Below are positions 50,442 through 61,145 of a stretch of 64,000 nucleotides of DNA, one piece after another. Location of the stretch: contig JBLDXI010000001.1 of the NCBI GenBank assembly GCA_047495785.1, positions 2,232,001 to 2,296,000 on the forward strand. The letters run 5' to 3'. Position numbers and translations under genes: made by a program. The notes beneath the pieces are model-generated. The model did not search any database and was not told where the DNA came from. It worked only from the letters and a program-made list of their open reading frames with translations. The stretch comes from Lepidodermella squamata. Its lineage: Eukaryota > Animalia > Gastrotricha. Each line of letters opens with the position of its first letter. Positions within the stretch are counted from its first letter, which is position 1.

Positions 50442-50735
50442 TGCATGAGCAATTTTACGATGACGGTATAAACTCTGGCCCTGGCGAAAGACGTTACCAC
50501 AAATTTCACATTTGAAACGAGCAACCGGGTCATGAACGGTCTGATGCTGCTTTAGCAGCTTTACAGTCTTCGCAGTGAATGAACAAACAGGACAGGACAA
50601 CGGGTCTCGAGCGACTTCGGCAGTATATGCGTAAGGGGAAGATTTTTCGGCAAGCAACGTTTCTATTTGCCGCTTCAAATTCGCATTTTCGGACTTCACG
50701 CTGGCCAACTCAACGCAACCGGAGCACTTATTCAT
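50439..50735 (-). CDS. Microprotein A12
   Basis: MNKCSGC..PYAY..DPLSCPVC. Confidence 0.9.
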   Translation of the reverse strand: MNKCSGCVELASVKSENANLKRQIETLLAEKSSPYAYTAEVARDPLSCPVCSFTAKTVKLLKQHQTVHDPVARFKCEICGNVFRQGQSLYRHRKIAHA

Positions 50736-50811
50736 CTTAAAATCGACTAAATATTCAAAAAAAAATAGAACTACGGGAGTTCGAATTTTTCATAAGCGAA
50801 TTTGTTCAAAA

Positions 50812-51114
50812 TCAAGCCGAACATTTCCTCTGATGGCTGTACATAGCAGGCTCTTGACGAAATTTCTTTCCGCAAAACTTGCAGGAAAACCGTTCGACAG
50901 AGTCGTGGATAGGCATGTGTTGAAGGAGGTGCTTCTTCAATTTAAACGCCCTCAAGCAGACCTTACAAGTGAGAGGGTCGATAACGGGAGGCGGCGCATA
51001 TTCGTAATTCGATGAAACAGATGAAGAGGCCAACTGGGCCTCGAGGCGCGAAACTTTCGCTATTTCTTCGGACAATCGCTTTTCTAATATAGCGCAATTT
51101 TTGCAACTATTCAT
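50812..51114 (-). CDS. Microprotein A13
   Basis: MNSCKNC..NYEY..DPLTCKVC. Confidence 0.9.
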   Translation of the reverse strand: MNSCKNCAILEKRLSEEIAKVSRLEAQLASSSVSSNYEYAPPPVIDPLTCKVCLRAFKLKKHLLQHMPIHDSVERFSCKFCGKKFRQEPAMYSHQRKCSA

Positions 51115-51502
51115 TTTTTCAATAAAAATTTCCAATAGACTCGAAAATAAAATTAAAAAATCAAAAATTGAAATATAATCGGAACATAATTTTCCTAGTT
51201 TTCATTCTCTCAGTTGCATTTTTAGCTGGCAAGTTATCGTTCATATTCGTCCGTTTCTGGCTCCGCGTTTCTAGGATATCAGAAAACTTGGGACCTCAGC
51301 TAACTTTGTTCACAGATTTCGCACTATCGAAAAAAATCAAAATATGATTACAAAATCACAGAAAACTATAACCATAAAAACCTAATTACGATATCAAAAT
51401 CAGGAGGGTACGACTTTTTTCGAAAATTATCTGTTCAACTAGCTTCCCAAGAACAATATTTTTCATGTGATGGACAATATTCCATGAAAATTTTAGTTCC
51501 GA

Positions 51503-51805
51503 TCAATTCTGGCATTTTTTCTGGTGAGCGTACATAGTAGTGTCCTGACGATATTTCCTGCCGCAAAACTTGCACGAGAAACGCGCGACTGAATCGTGGA
51601 CAGGCATGTGCTGCTCGAGGTGATGTTTCGTTTTGAATACCTTCAAACAAATGCTACACGATAACGGATCGACCTGAGGCGGTGGGACAAACTCGTAATT
51701 TGACGAATTCGAGGACGTTTTCAACTGTTCTCTAAGACGCGCATTAGCCGCTCTTTCTTCCGAGAGTTCCTTCTCAAGCACAGCGCATTTTTTACAACTA
51801 TTCAT
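51503..51805 (-). CDS. Microprotein A14
   Basis: MNSCKKC..NYEF..DPLSCSIC. Confidence 0.9.
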   Translation of the reverse strand: MNSCKKCAVLEKELSEERAANARLREQLKTSSNSSNYEFVPPPQVDPLSCSICLKVFKTKHHLEQHMPVHDSVARFSCKFCGRKYRQDTTMYAHQKKCQN

Positions 51806-51878
51806 AATTGGATAAATCTATAAATAAATCCCACAAAATTAATGGATAATTTAATGTCCCGTGAAAAGGAAGATAACA

Positions 51879-52175
51879 CTAATTCTGGCAAGTTTTTGAA
51901 TGCTTACTCAAACTTGGCCCATGACGAAAAGTTTTACCGCACAAGTTGCAACGAAATCGGCCAACAGCATCGTGACTCGGCTTGTGCTGATTGAGCAACG
52001 GCTTGGTTTTGAAGACTTTCAAGCAAATCGGGCAGGTGAGGGGATCAACGGCTGGGTCCGGGGTGAATTGATAGCTGCTGATCGACGGTGGTCCGTTTTT
52101 CAGGCGATCGATTTCAGCCAGAGCCTCCTTCAACTTCACCTCCAGTTGTTCACATCCGGAGCAATTTTTCATCAT
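51879..52175 (-). CDS. Microprotein A15
   Basis: MMKNCSGC..SYQF..DPLTCPIC. Confidence 0.9.
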   Translation of the reverse strand: MMKNCSGCEQLEVKLKEALAEIDRLKNGPPSISSYQFTPDPAVDPLTCPICLKVFKTKPLLNQHKPSHDAVGRFRCNLCGKTFRHGPSLSKHSKTCQN

Positions 52176-52253
52176 TTTAGGATAAATTATCTAAAATTGA
52201 AATTCAATTCAATTACAATGCAAAATTAATAGGTTATGAATTATGAAGGAATT

Positions 52254-52547
52254 TCAAGCCATGCCACACGACTTTTGATGTAGATACATGCTAGGTCGTT
52301 GGCGAAAAATTTTACCACAATATTTGCAACTGAATCGTCCGACAGGGTCGTGAACAGGCGCGTGCTGGTTGAGCAAATGTTTCGATTTGAATACCTTGAA
52401 GCAGACCAGACAGCTGAGCGGATTAACTTCGGACGCTGTAGCGAATTCGTACACTGTAGCATTCGAGTTTTCTTTCAAGCGCGAATTTTCAGCTAAGGCT
52501 TCGCGCAATTTGATGTCGAGTTTACCACAATTAGAGCATTTTTTCGT
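52254..52547 (-). CDS. Microprotein A16 with ACG at the start position
   Basis: ACG AAA AAA TGC TCT AAT TGT (xKKCSNC) in frame with ORF 52254-52508. Confidence 0.7.
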   Translation of the reverse strand, partial: TKKCSNCGKLDIKLREALAENSRLKENSNATVYEFATASEVNPLSCLVCFKVFKSKHLLNQHAPVHDPVGRFSCKYCGKIFRQRPSMYLHQKSCGMA

Positions 52548-53053
52548 TCCAGAGCCTTCACATATTATAAAAATTAAAAATAAATAATTAAGAATATTTT
52601 AGAACAATTCCTCCTTAATCGACAGTATTTCGCTAATTACCCGATAATTGCTCAGATTTTAGTCGAGATACTTCTTCGAGAGCTGCTTTCAGTTTATCCC
52701 GTAGCCACTCGTTTTCTGCAGAAATTACAAGACACAAAACATTGCTAATATTAATAACGAGGAAATATCTGGCTGGAAATGAAGCTTGAGAATAACAGGT
52801 AGCGAGACACTAATAAAACAAACCAGTAAATGACATTGTACGAGAATTAATTTCATAATATACGGCTATTTGTATAATACAGACGCGCGCTTTGTCTTGT
52901 TTGCCTGGCCATAATACGTCTTGATTATACGAAAATAGCCTCGAGACATGTACACTGCTCGACAGAAAAATTCAACAAAAATAAATAAAATTACCCTGCT
53001 CTAATTTCGACACAGCCATTGAAAAAATCTAAAAAAATGAGATTATTTACCAA

Positions 53054-53434
53054 TTATTTCTCAACTTCATCTTTCGATGTGGAAAAATGGCGAATATAAA
53101 ACGATTTAAAATCATTAGCCCGTGTGGCACAAACAGGACATATTGAGGATGAAGGAGACTCGTTTTCTAAATTTTCGATTTTCGCTTTCGCCATTGTTAA
53201 ATGATCGCTTAACGAGTCGCGTCTCGGCCTATCTAGAACATCGAACAGGTTGATTAGGCGTAGCATATCCGAGCGCGCGTTTGACAGCAAGTCCGATAAC
53301 CGCCGGTTTTCCACTGAAAATTCTAAGATATGTTAGGCATCATCGCTGAAGCTATAAATCCGACCTGAAAGACGTTCAATTTCCTCCATCGGCACTGGTT
53401 CGGGGTTCAATTTTTCCGGTAAATCACCTTCCAT
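53054..53434 (-). CDS. Coiled coil plus degenerate finger, two exons
   Basis: MEGDLPEK..S G|GTCGGA..TTTCAG|TG join; CPVC..H. Confidence 0.6.
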
Positions 53435-53526
53435 TTCGGTTTATAAATTACACAATAATTACCGCCTGCGTGAAAGAGCAATCAGTCTAATTTTGTGTAT
53501 GAAGCAAAATTCAAGATGAATCGACC

Positions 53527-53604
53527 ACTGAAATAAGGTAACGCAGGTGTCCTAGGATGGGCAAAAGGAAACATCCTAGAACCCCTGCGTTACCAATATT
53601 CAGT
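53527..53604 (-). ncRNA. Pre-miRNA-like hairpin (candidate)
   Basis: 78-nt imperfect stem of about 33 bp with 12-nt loop; the minus-strand fold gains a G:U pair. Confidence 0.4.
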
Positions 53605-53738
53605 AGCATCAGTTACAAAATTACACAAATAAAACTAAAAAATATCATCAAAATTGAAAGATAGCCTTTCATCATTCGAAATGACTATCACACGAGAAAT
53701 TTAGGTAAAATCCATCCGAAATATTTCGATTCCATCTA

Positions 53739-54134
53739 TCACAAAGCGCCATGAATCGACTTTATATGCCGCTTTACAGCTTGATATTGGCGATACGTTT
53801 TCCCACATTGGTCACATTTGAATTTCGACTCTGGAACGTGCAGAAACATGTGTTGTTTCAACGACCATGCGGTCTTGAGCTGACTGAAGCACACAGGACA
53901 TTTTAATGGATTATCCGCAATTGAATTCGGGGCGAACTGATATGAAGAAGGCTGTGGAGGGCAAGGCTCTGGTTTCAATTGCTCGAGTTCAGCTCGCAAC
54001 CTCGCAATTTCGGCCTGGGCATCGACGAGCTGTTTACGGAGCATAGCTGATTCAGATTCTAAAAAGAAGCCAGTATTTTTCTCGTAAAAATCGTACAAAA
54101 AATCATTGACAAAAATACCAGCTTTCCGCATCAT
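53739..54134 (-). CDS. Coiled-coil/YQF/two-finger protein
   Basis: LVDAQAEIARLRAELEQL..SYQF..NPLKCPVC; start may be 54044. Confidence 0.85.
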   Translation of the reverse strand: MMRKAGIFVNDFLYDFYEKNTGFFLESESAMLRKQLVDAQAEIARLRAELEQLKPEPCPPQPSSYQFAPNSIADNPLKCPVCFSQLKTAWSLKQHMFLHVPESKFKCDQCGKTYRQYQAVKRHIKSIHGAL

Positions 54135-54661
54135 TTCAGGTGCAAAAGTGATTAGACTTACTTCGATTCCTTTAAACCATAGACCTATATCAAATTAAGT
54201 AAAACGGTCATTTATGCTACATATTCGTTTACTACTCTCCAAAATCTGAAAGACAGGCAGTAGGAAAAAATGTTAAATAGTTAATTTCCGAGTCATTTTC
54301 CTTCTACGATCCATGGATTCTCGTGGATTCCAAGAATTCTGAAAAACACAAAATTTAGACCTTTAATTCATGAAAGAATTTTCGAGCAACGTAAATGTTA
54401 AAACAGGGCCCATTATTTCACTGAAAAGTTCAACGAATTTTTGGGTTTGATGGTCTCTAAGGTTACGCAACAGTACAGGAATCGAAAGTAAAACCCGAGA
54501 AGATTGCCGATCTTACGGCCCTAGGATATTTTGAAATGTGCAATGCTAATGAACCATCAAACTAGCAGGATGACCAAGTCAACCAAGTCCAAGTGATTAT
54601 TTTCAGAATTCGTTCGGTAAAATTGGAGAGAAGCGGTAAAAACGCTTTTCGTAGCAATAAT

Positions 54662-54961
54662 TTAGAGAAAAATTCCAAAAATTCGCAGCAATTTCCATTT
54701 AGTCAACTTCGAAAAAATTACTCTTAATTGAGAAAATGAATGAAGAGTTGTCTCACTTAGTTGGATGATATTGTGATGAACAGTTCGAACGAGTTTCTCC
54801 ACATATCGCTTGGCCATTTCGAATTCCCAACTTATTTCCTTCGATACCGGCGTCTTACTGATTTGCTGCTCAATCTGACGATGGGCGATTTCGATAGCAT
54901 GCAGTGACGCTAGCAAATCAGCCAAGCCATCCACTTTTGACACCAAAGACTCGTTAGCCAT
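54662..54961 (-). CDS. Helical protein, possibly related to the tail-anchored family
   Basis: MANESLV ORF; downstream DLVDLVILLV* relic at about 54560-54600. Confidence 0.5.
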   Translation of the reverse strand: MANESLVSKVDGLADLLASLHAIEIAHRQIEQQISKTPVSKEISWEFEMAKRYVEKLVRTVHHNIIQLSETTLHSFSQLRVIFSKLTKWKLLRIFGIFL

Positions 54962-55155
54962 TAACTGTTATCAATTAATTCGAAACTAAAATCGAATGAA
55001 AATGCGCCAAATCTCATAGACTGGTGATAATTATAGAAATATCTGAGATAGAACAACCAATTCAAAACAAAGGCGACGACTGCGTATAAAAGAACCGGTA
55101 GAGATAGGTAATCTGAAAAAAATTGAGCAAGTTTCCGAAATTGAACCGCTAATTT

Positions 55156-56594
55156 TCAGCCCTGCTTGTGAACCTCACGCAAATGGCGGAATAAATTGCG
55201 CTTCGATGATAGAATTTTCGAGCAGACCGGACAAGCCGGGGCTGCGGCTCCGCTAGCGACGTCTTTCGGGATCGAATGAATTTTCAGGTAATGACGATCT
55301 AACCCAGCTGAATTCGCCATTCTCTTCAGGCAAACTAAGCAGCGATTCGCGCTGATCGTAAGCGGCGAACCAGGCGTTTTCTCGACTGAAAGAAGCTTTT
55401 CTTCAACAACAGGAGCCCGAGCAGGCTTCACTGGCGTGGCGTTAACGACCGGTGTAGGAGGTAGTACCAGAGCCGACGTCATCGGGCTCATTTTCGGATG
55501 TTTCGGCGGCCGACCGCGTCCTCGTTTAACGAGCAAATCCGTCGAGGCTAAAATTTTATTCGATATTCTTTCATTTCAAGAGCATTAAAACTCACTTGAA
55601 GATGCGCCAATAGGTACATTTGGGGACACTGCAGGTTTCTTCACTTCAGCAACGCTAGGCTTCTCGGTGATTTTATCCATAGACCTGCTATCTCTCAACC
55701 TACTAGCAGGTGGACTACGCTTAGCTGGTGTTCTTGCGATTGGAGTGGCCTTCGCCACGTTATCATCAGCCGGTTTGAGCCTGGCTTTCGGGGCTGGAGT
55801 GATTGATGCCATCGGGGCAAAAGCAGGGCTAAAATACGAAACGCCGGGAGAAAACAGTGGGACAGGCGTCGCGAACGCCATAGGGGTTGAAGAAACGACG
55901 TTATTCGCGCCTCTGGGCGAGACTTTTCTCAGCGACAAAGCAGCAATGGCCCTTTCAGCGTCGTCAATCGCCACGTGTTGAGCGGCCAGCAAACGATGTA
56001 ACATCATCAGTTCGACTTTTCCATCGCTATTGTCTAATCAAAGGAGAAATGTCAGCAAAGAAAAATTCCTCCTTAAAATTTGAAGAACTAAAAAATTTCA
56101 CCATTATTTTGATATTAGGGTTCCAAACCCAATTTGACGCCCCAAATCAATATTTTCTTAGTATCAAATTTTCCCAAAACTTTCGACAATTTACGGTATA
56201 TTCTGGCCTTCAGATCCGATTTATTCCAAGTATCGATTTTAAAAATCAGTGATTTTTATATCGGCATTCCTGAAAGCCAACAAAAAATTTCCAACTGAAA
56301 TACAAAATCTTGGGGTATTTTTCATCGTTCCAGAAGAATAAGGCCGATATCGCAAATAATTTCAGCTAAAACCCAAACTTCAAGGCAAATATTTCCAAGT
56401 AAAAATCGATTTCACCTTTGACCCTTTCACCTTCTAGTAGATTACCAGATACTCGGCTTCAACTTACAATAAAGACCTCGCCGAATCTTCAAATTCAGCG
56501 ACTTGATCTCGCTCATAATCTGTTCCACTGAAAATAAATGCCAAAAATAAAAAACCTCGTTCTAACAGCTTAATAGATTTTCAATACCTGACAT
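55156..56594 (-). CDS. Pro/Ser/Thr-rich protein with AT-hook and two fingers, multi-exon
   Basis: A|GTGAGT..TTTTAG|CC joins 55585-56007 to 55156-55536; KRGRGRPPK; exons upstream of 56035 are tentative. Confidence 0.75.
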
Positions 56595-56656
56595 GGTCGG
56601 GCCAAATAATAAAAAATCTATAAAAATAACAAGCTCAAAGTAATTTACGAAAAGAT

Positions 56657-57509
56657 TCAATAACGGCTCAAAGTATTCCTCAGATCTCCTGAAACATTGC
56701 TCAAATTCTTGAATGGTCGAGGCTTCGAAGGCCTCTTGGGTTTAAAATAAGAAAATCTAGAAAATTCCGGCCGAGGTTCGTTCTCCTGCCTCTTGACTAT
56801 CCTGATTATAGAAAGGCGATCATTTGCCATCGTCACCTCAACAACACGCCGTCGTAATTTGACCGAGTTAGGAATCCGAGAATTCGCAGTTTCTTCTGGC
56901 AGTTTTTCGTCGAGTTTAACCGGCTTTGAAGTGCCAAACGATTCCTTAGCCAGCATTTCAGGCGGGGCTTTTGCCGGTTTCATAACCGGATCAGTCGAAG
57001 AGGAGCTAGAAGAAGTTGAGCTAAACGAGCTCGTAGACGAACACGAAGGACTTTCTGCCTTGCTAATTTCAGCAGCACCTGTGACCTTTCCTTCGTTTTC
57101 AGAATCTTGAAGCGCAACACCAGATGGCGCTATTGACATAGTAGAACACACCTCGCTATTTATTTCAGCTCTATCACGAGTTTCAGCAGCATTTTCGTTA
57201 TTGCTAACAAGGTGGGTTTCGAGTTTTCGGGCGAGGTTAGAAATCAAGCCACCCTGAAGAACGCTATGGCCGAGACAGAGGGTCAGAAGCTCGGTTGATA
57301 AATTCGTAAATCCAGCTCGAAAAAAGCGGAAAAATTCAAATTCATTAAAATATCACCAAAATTTCGACTCACCTGTTAGGATCAAATTTATATTATTATT
57401 TAGCTCAGCAATTTGAGCCACCAAAACACGAAGATCGGCTTGGTAAAAAAAAATGAGAACACGAAAATCGAGACTTGAGATTAGAATGGAACAAACCAGA
57501 ATCGCTCAT
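56657..57509 (-). CDS. Ser-rich disordered protein of unknown function
   Basis: 196-codon open frame plus tentative short upstream exons. Confidence 0.55.
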
Positions 57510-57630
57510 GGTTATAGAGCTTGGAAATTGAAAAATTGAAATAAATTAGGAGACTATTTCAAACAAGCAATTACACACGAAAAATTGCTTTAATCAACAA
57601 AAAATAGACCAGGTTGTTCGATGTAGTTAT

Positions 57631-58015
57631 TCAGTGCGCGGATTTCGCGTGATTGTAGAGAGCACCCTGAGAACGGTACGTTTTTCCGCAGGTTTTGCAT
57701 TGATGCTGAGGCTGATCAGAATGAACATTTGCGATATGCGTGGTAACAATTTTCTTCGCCTTGAATACACACAAACAAATAGGACACGTTGTATCGCTGA
57801 TTTTCGGCTCAGCGGAAAATTGATACGGCGCCGAAGTAGACAGCGATGATTTCAGAATTTCGATGTTCTTTAATTGCAATTCGAGGTCGCTGATCATACT
57901 AGGATGCTTGGCTACAAAACAGGGGCAGGTCCAGATAAGAGCTGGAGAAATAATTTCCGTAAATACCTTTCAGAAGAAGCAAAAATCGCTCGATTTCTTC
58001 CACAGCTTTAGCCAT
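57631..58015 (-). CDS. Helical/YQF/two-finger protein B1
   Basis: MAKAVEEI exon; PYQFSAEPKISDTTCPIC..HIANVHSD. Confidence 0.82.
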
Positions 58016-58498
58016 TAATTGATCCAACTTAGATTAAGATTCTGGAAGATAAAATTTTGGACATAAAAGCTGAATGAAGTAAATCAGATTAAATAAAACT
58101 GGTCGACTGAAAGCAAAACAATTCACAGGAACTGCAAGGCATTCTTGGACCGGGCTATCGGCCTTAAGGTTATGAATTCAAGGAAGAGCGCCTAACGAGG
58201 TAACGAGGTCTTATCTCGGACAAAATCTTGTCTCCATCCATTGAAATTTGTTCTTCAGTCGAATTTACTGGGGCGATGGCGATTTTTCAGGCAGCTTCCT
58301 TCAGTACTTCTTTCCGGCGGGGAAAAATCCACTATTTTGACACAGAATACTCTGAAAGGCACTTGAACCAAATATTCAACTCTGAGCCATTATAGCATTT
58401 TAAACCGATTTTATAAGGCCAATCGTGTCTGAAATGCGACCACGCTACAGTAAAAGCTGCCTAAAAACCATAAAGAAATGAATCGAATTTACGATTAT

Positions 58499-58914
58499 TT
58501 ATCGCGACAAGTTTTCGAGTGATACCACACACAATGCACTAGGTGATCGATAAGATTTTTCGCAAATTTCACACCTATGGAGAGTGTGGTCGGAATTCGA
58601 GTGAATATCGCGCAAGTGATTCTTAGCTACAGTTTTCGACGCGAAACTTTTGAAGCAAACAGGGCACGTTTTTTCATCTAGTTGAGTTTCTGTGAATTGA
58701 TAAGGCACATTCGAACCGAGGCTCAATCTCGCTTGTTTCAGCTTTCGAACTTGATTTCGCAACTCAACGACCAAATTCGGAACTGCGGGAAATCACAGGT
58801 TACAGGATGCTATAACAGGCGAAAAATGGGTCAATTACCCGAGTTCGGATTCGAAAACAATTGATCAGCTAAGGATGAAAGGTGAGTTTCTACTTCTTCA
58901 ACGAGTTGCGACAT
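58499..58914 (-). pseudogene. B2, TG-slippage frameshift removes the last ligands of finger 2
   Basis: TTGTGTGTGGTATCAC; the other frame reads WYHSKTC. Confidence 0.7.
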
Positions 58915-59067
58915 AATTACGGCAAAGTTAAAAAATTACTTCAATTTTCAAACTAGAAGGGGAAATGAGAACATTTACGAGTGCAAGGTTAGGATTGCCA
59001 TAAGAAAGTAGGCACTTCCTTTGAATAAAAATAAAATTCCCATGTCATGTGATAACTTCCACAGATA

Positions 59068-59488
59068 TTAGGTGTTACAATGTTTCGAATGATAACTCAG
59101 TCCACCCGAAGACCGATAAACTTTTTCGCATTTCACACACTTGTGGAGGCCGAGAGCGGAATTTGAATGAATATCGCGCATGTGCTTCTTAGCCACAAAT
59201 TTCGAAGCGAAACTGTTGAAGCAAACAGGGCAAGTTTTCTCGTCTACTTGACTTTCTGTGAAGTGATAAGACACAGAGCTATTCGAACCAAGGCTCGATC
59301 GGGCTTGTTTCAGCTTTTCAACTTGGCTTTTCAAATCAGCGATCAAGTTTGGATGCCCAGAGACTGCGAGAAATCAAAATTTGACCATTAATAGGGTAAA
59401 TGACTCTACTACCTTTGATCGGATTAGACTGGAGTTTAGCAGTTAGAGACGATAGGAAAGTTTCAACTTCTTCAACGAGTTGCGACAT
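59068..59488 (-). CDS. B3
   Basis: MSQLVEEV exon; SYHFTESQVDEKTCPVC. Confidence 0.82.
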
Positions 59489-59586
59489 AATTACGATGAA
59501 AATTTACCCGGTTCTAAGCGAAAAATAGAAGCCAATCACGTCTATTTCTTATCAAGTTCAAACAATGAAGTCTTTCATTAGAAAAT

Positions 59587-60002
59587 TCACGAATGCGCTG
59601 ATTTCTTATGCTTCCACAGTGAAGCGTTAGCGGTGTAAGATTTTCCGCAGACATCACAGGTATGGCGAATGTTTGAATGAATATCCGCAACATGTTGTCG
59701 TACTATCACAGCAGTTTTGAATGTTCGGAAACAGACTGGACATGTGGTTTCGTCGAATTTAGCATCTGAATACTGATAAGGGATGGCAGGAAACGAATTA
59801 GGATTTTCCAGCCGTTCTACATTTCTCAGCTGAGAATTTAGTTCGATCGAGAAATTAGCGTCCTGAAAAGCTGGAAAATAACGACCTTCGAAATTCGGGC
59901 GAAAATTAGGAAACCAAGCCTCAGACCTGAATAATTCTTCGAAGAGATATTAGCTCTGATCGACAGCAAAAACTGTTTGATCGCTTCACTCGGATTACTC
60001 AT
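59587..60002 (-). CDS. B4 (not in the ORF track)
   Basis: MSNPSEAIK exon; PYQYSDAKFDETTCPVC..HVADIHSNIRHTCDVC..HKKSAH*. Confidence 0.8.
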
Positions 60003-60041
60003 TAATTATGGAATTCTAAAAAAACGGCATATAGGACCAAA

Positions 60042-60449
60042 TCACTTATGAGCTCTATTCGAATGCTTCCACAGTGCACCTCTCGAGCGATAATTTTGTC
60101 CACAAGTCTCGCATTTGTACTCAGGCGGGGAATTTGAATGAATGTCATTAATATGGACCTTCGTTGTAGCTTTACTCTTGAACTTCGCGAAACAAATAGG
60201 GCACGTCAATTCGTCGACATGATTCTCCGAAAATTGATAACTAGGGCCTGGTGCTGCCGCATTACCCTTGACGTTTTCGAGCTGATCAATCGCTATCTCA
60301 AGGTCTCTCTCCAAATTCGTGTATCCGGAAACTATTTGAATGACAATTAAATCGTAAAATGGAGCTTTGAAAAATAAATCGTTACCTCTGATAGAATTCG
60401 ATTGAATTTTGTTCCGCAATGAAATGAGAAAATTCTCTATCACGTCCAT
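60042..60449 (-). CDS. B5
   Basis: PSYQFSENHVDELTCPIC..HINDIHSN; probable short in-frame intron. Confidence 0.85.
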   Translation of the reverse strand: MDVIENFLISLRNKIQSNSIRGNDLFFKAPFYDLIVIQIVSGYTNLERDLEIAIDQLENVKGNAAAPGPSYQFSENHVDELTCPICFAKFKSKATTKVHINDIHSNSPPEYKCETCGQNYRSRGALWKHSNRAHK

Positions 60450-60574
60450 TCAACCCAAATAAGCTACGGAAATTCAAATAATATTAAAAAAATCGAATTC
60501 GATTAGACAAAAAAATTGCAAATTATGGAAAAAAGACGAACAAGAAACATGAAGGTCATTGATTAACAATTTTT

Positions 60575-61002
60575 TCAACGATGATACTTCCTATTATGTG
60601 TACAAAGAGCCGAATTGGATCGGTAAGATAAACCACATTCGTCGCATCTGAACTGAGGACCGTTCGAGTGGACTTCTGCGATATGCCGCTTGACCGAGTG
60701 CTTCTGGGCGAATTTACTATAACAAATCGGGCATGTATTTTCGTCGATTTTGGCCTCAGAAAATTGATAGGGCGAGGTCGATGAAGCCGACGCTAATGAT
60801 AGTTTCACTTTGTTGAGATTGTTTATCTGGCGCGTGAGATCGTTCGTGAAATTCGGATACCCGGTGACTAAATAAATTTGCAAAATTTGAAAATTAGAAC
60901 TCGGTCGAAAGAAAACACTGGCTTACCAATAACAGCTTTTGAATCGATATTTTTCGCTAACGAAGTCAGGAAACTGTGAACTTCATTCGCGCAATCGGCC
61001 AT
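60575..61002 (-). CDS. B6
   Basis: MADCANEV exon, G|GTAAGC intron; PYQFSEAKIDENTCPIC. Confidence 0.82.
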
Positions 61003-61145
61003 GAAATTTACAAATAGTACCACTAGACATTAATATTGTCAAAATTTGAATCCACGGAGTAAAAAAATCGAAAAATTATTGACGGGCAGACGAAAAATAT
61101 TATTAATGAAATTCTCCAGAATTCAACCGAATTCTTGCAAGGACG

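Noticed and set aside
44585-52547. lola/mod(mdg4)-like locus with one shared exon spliced to alternative ZF exons
   Set aside because: Cassettes have their own start codons, acceptor-to-ATG phases differ (16, 18, 21 nt), and the 44899 leader has two in-frame TGA codons
506-60350. Many plus-strand ORFs over the ZF genes
   Set aside because: Antisense shadows of the minus-strand CDSs; they repeat only because the paralogs repeat and have no domains
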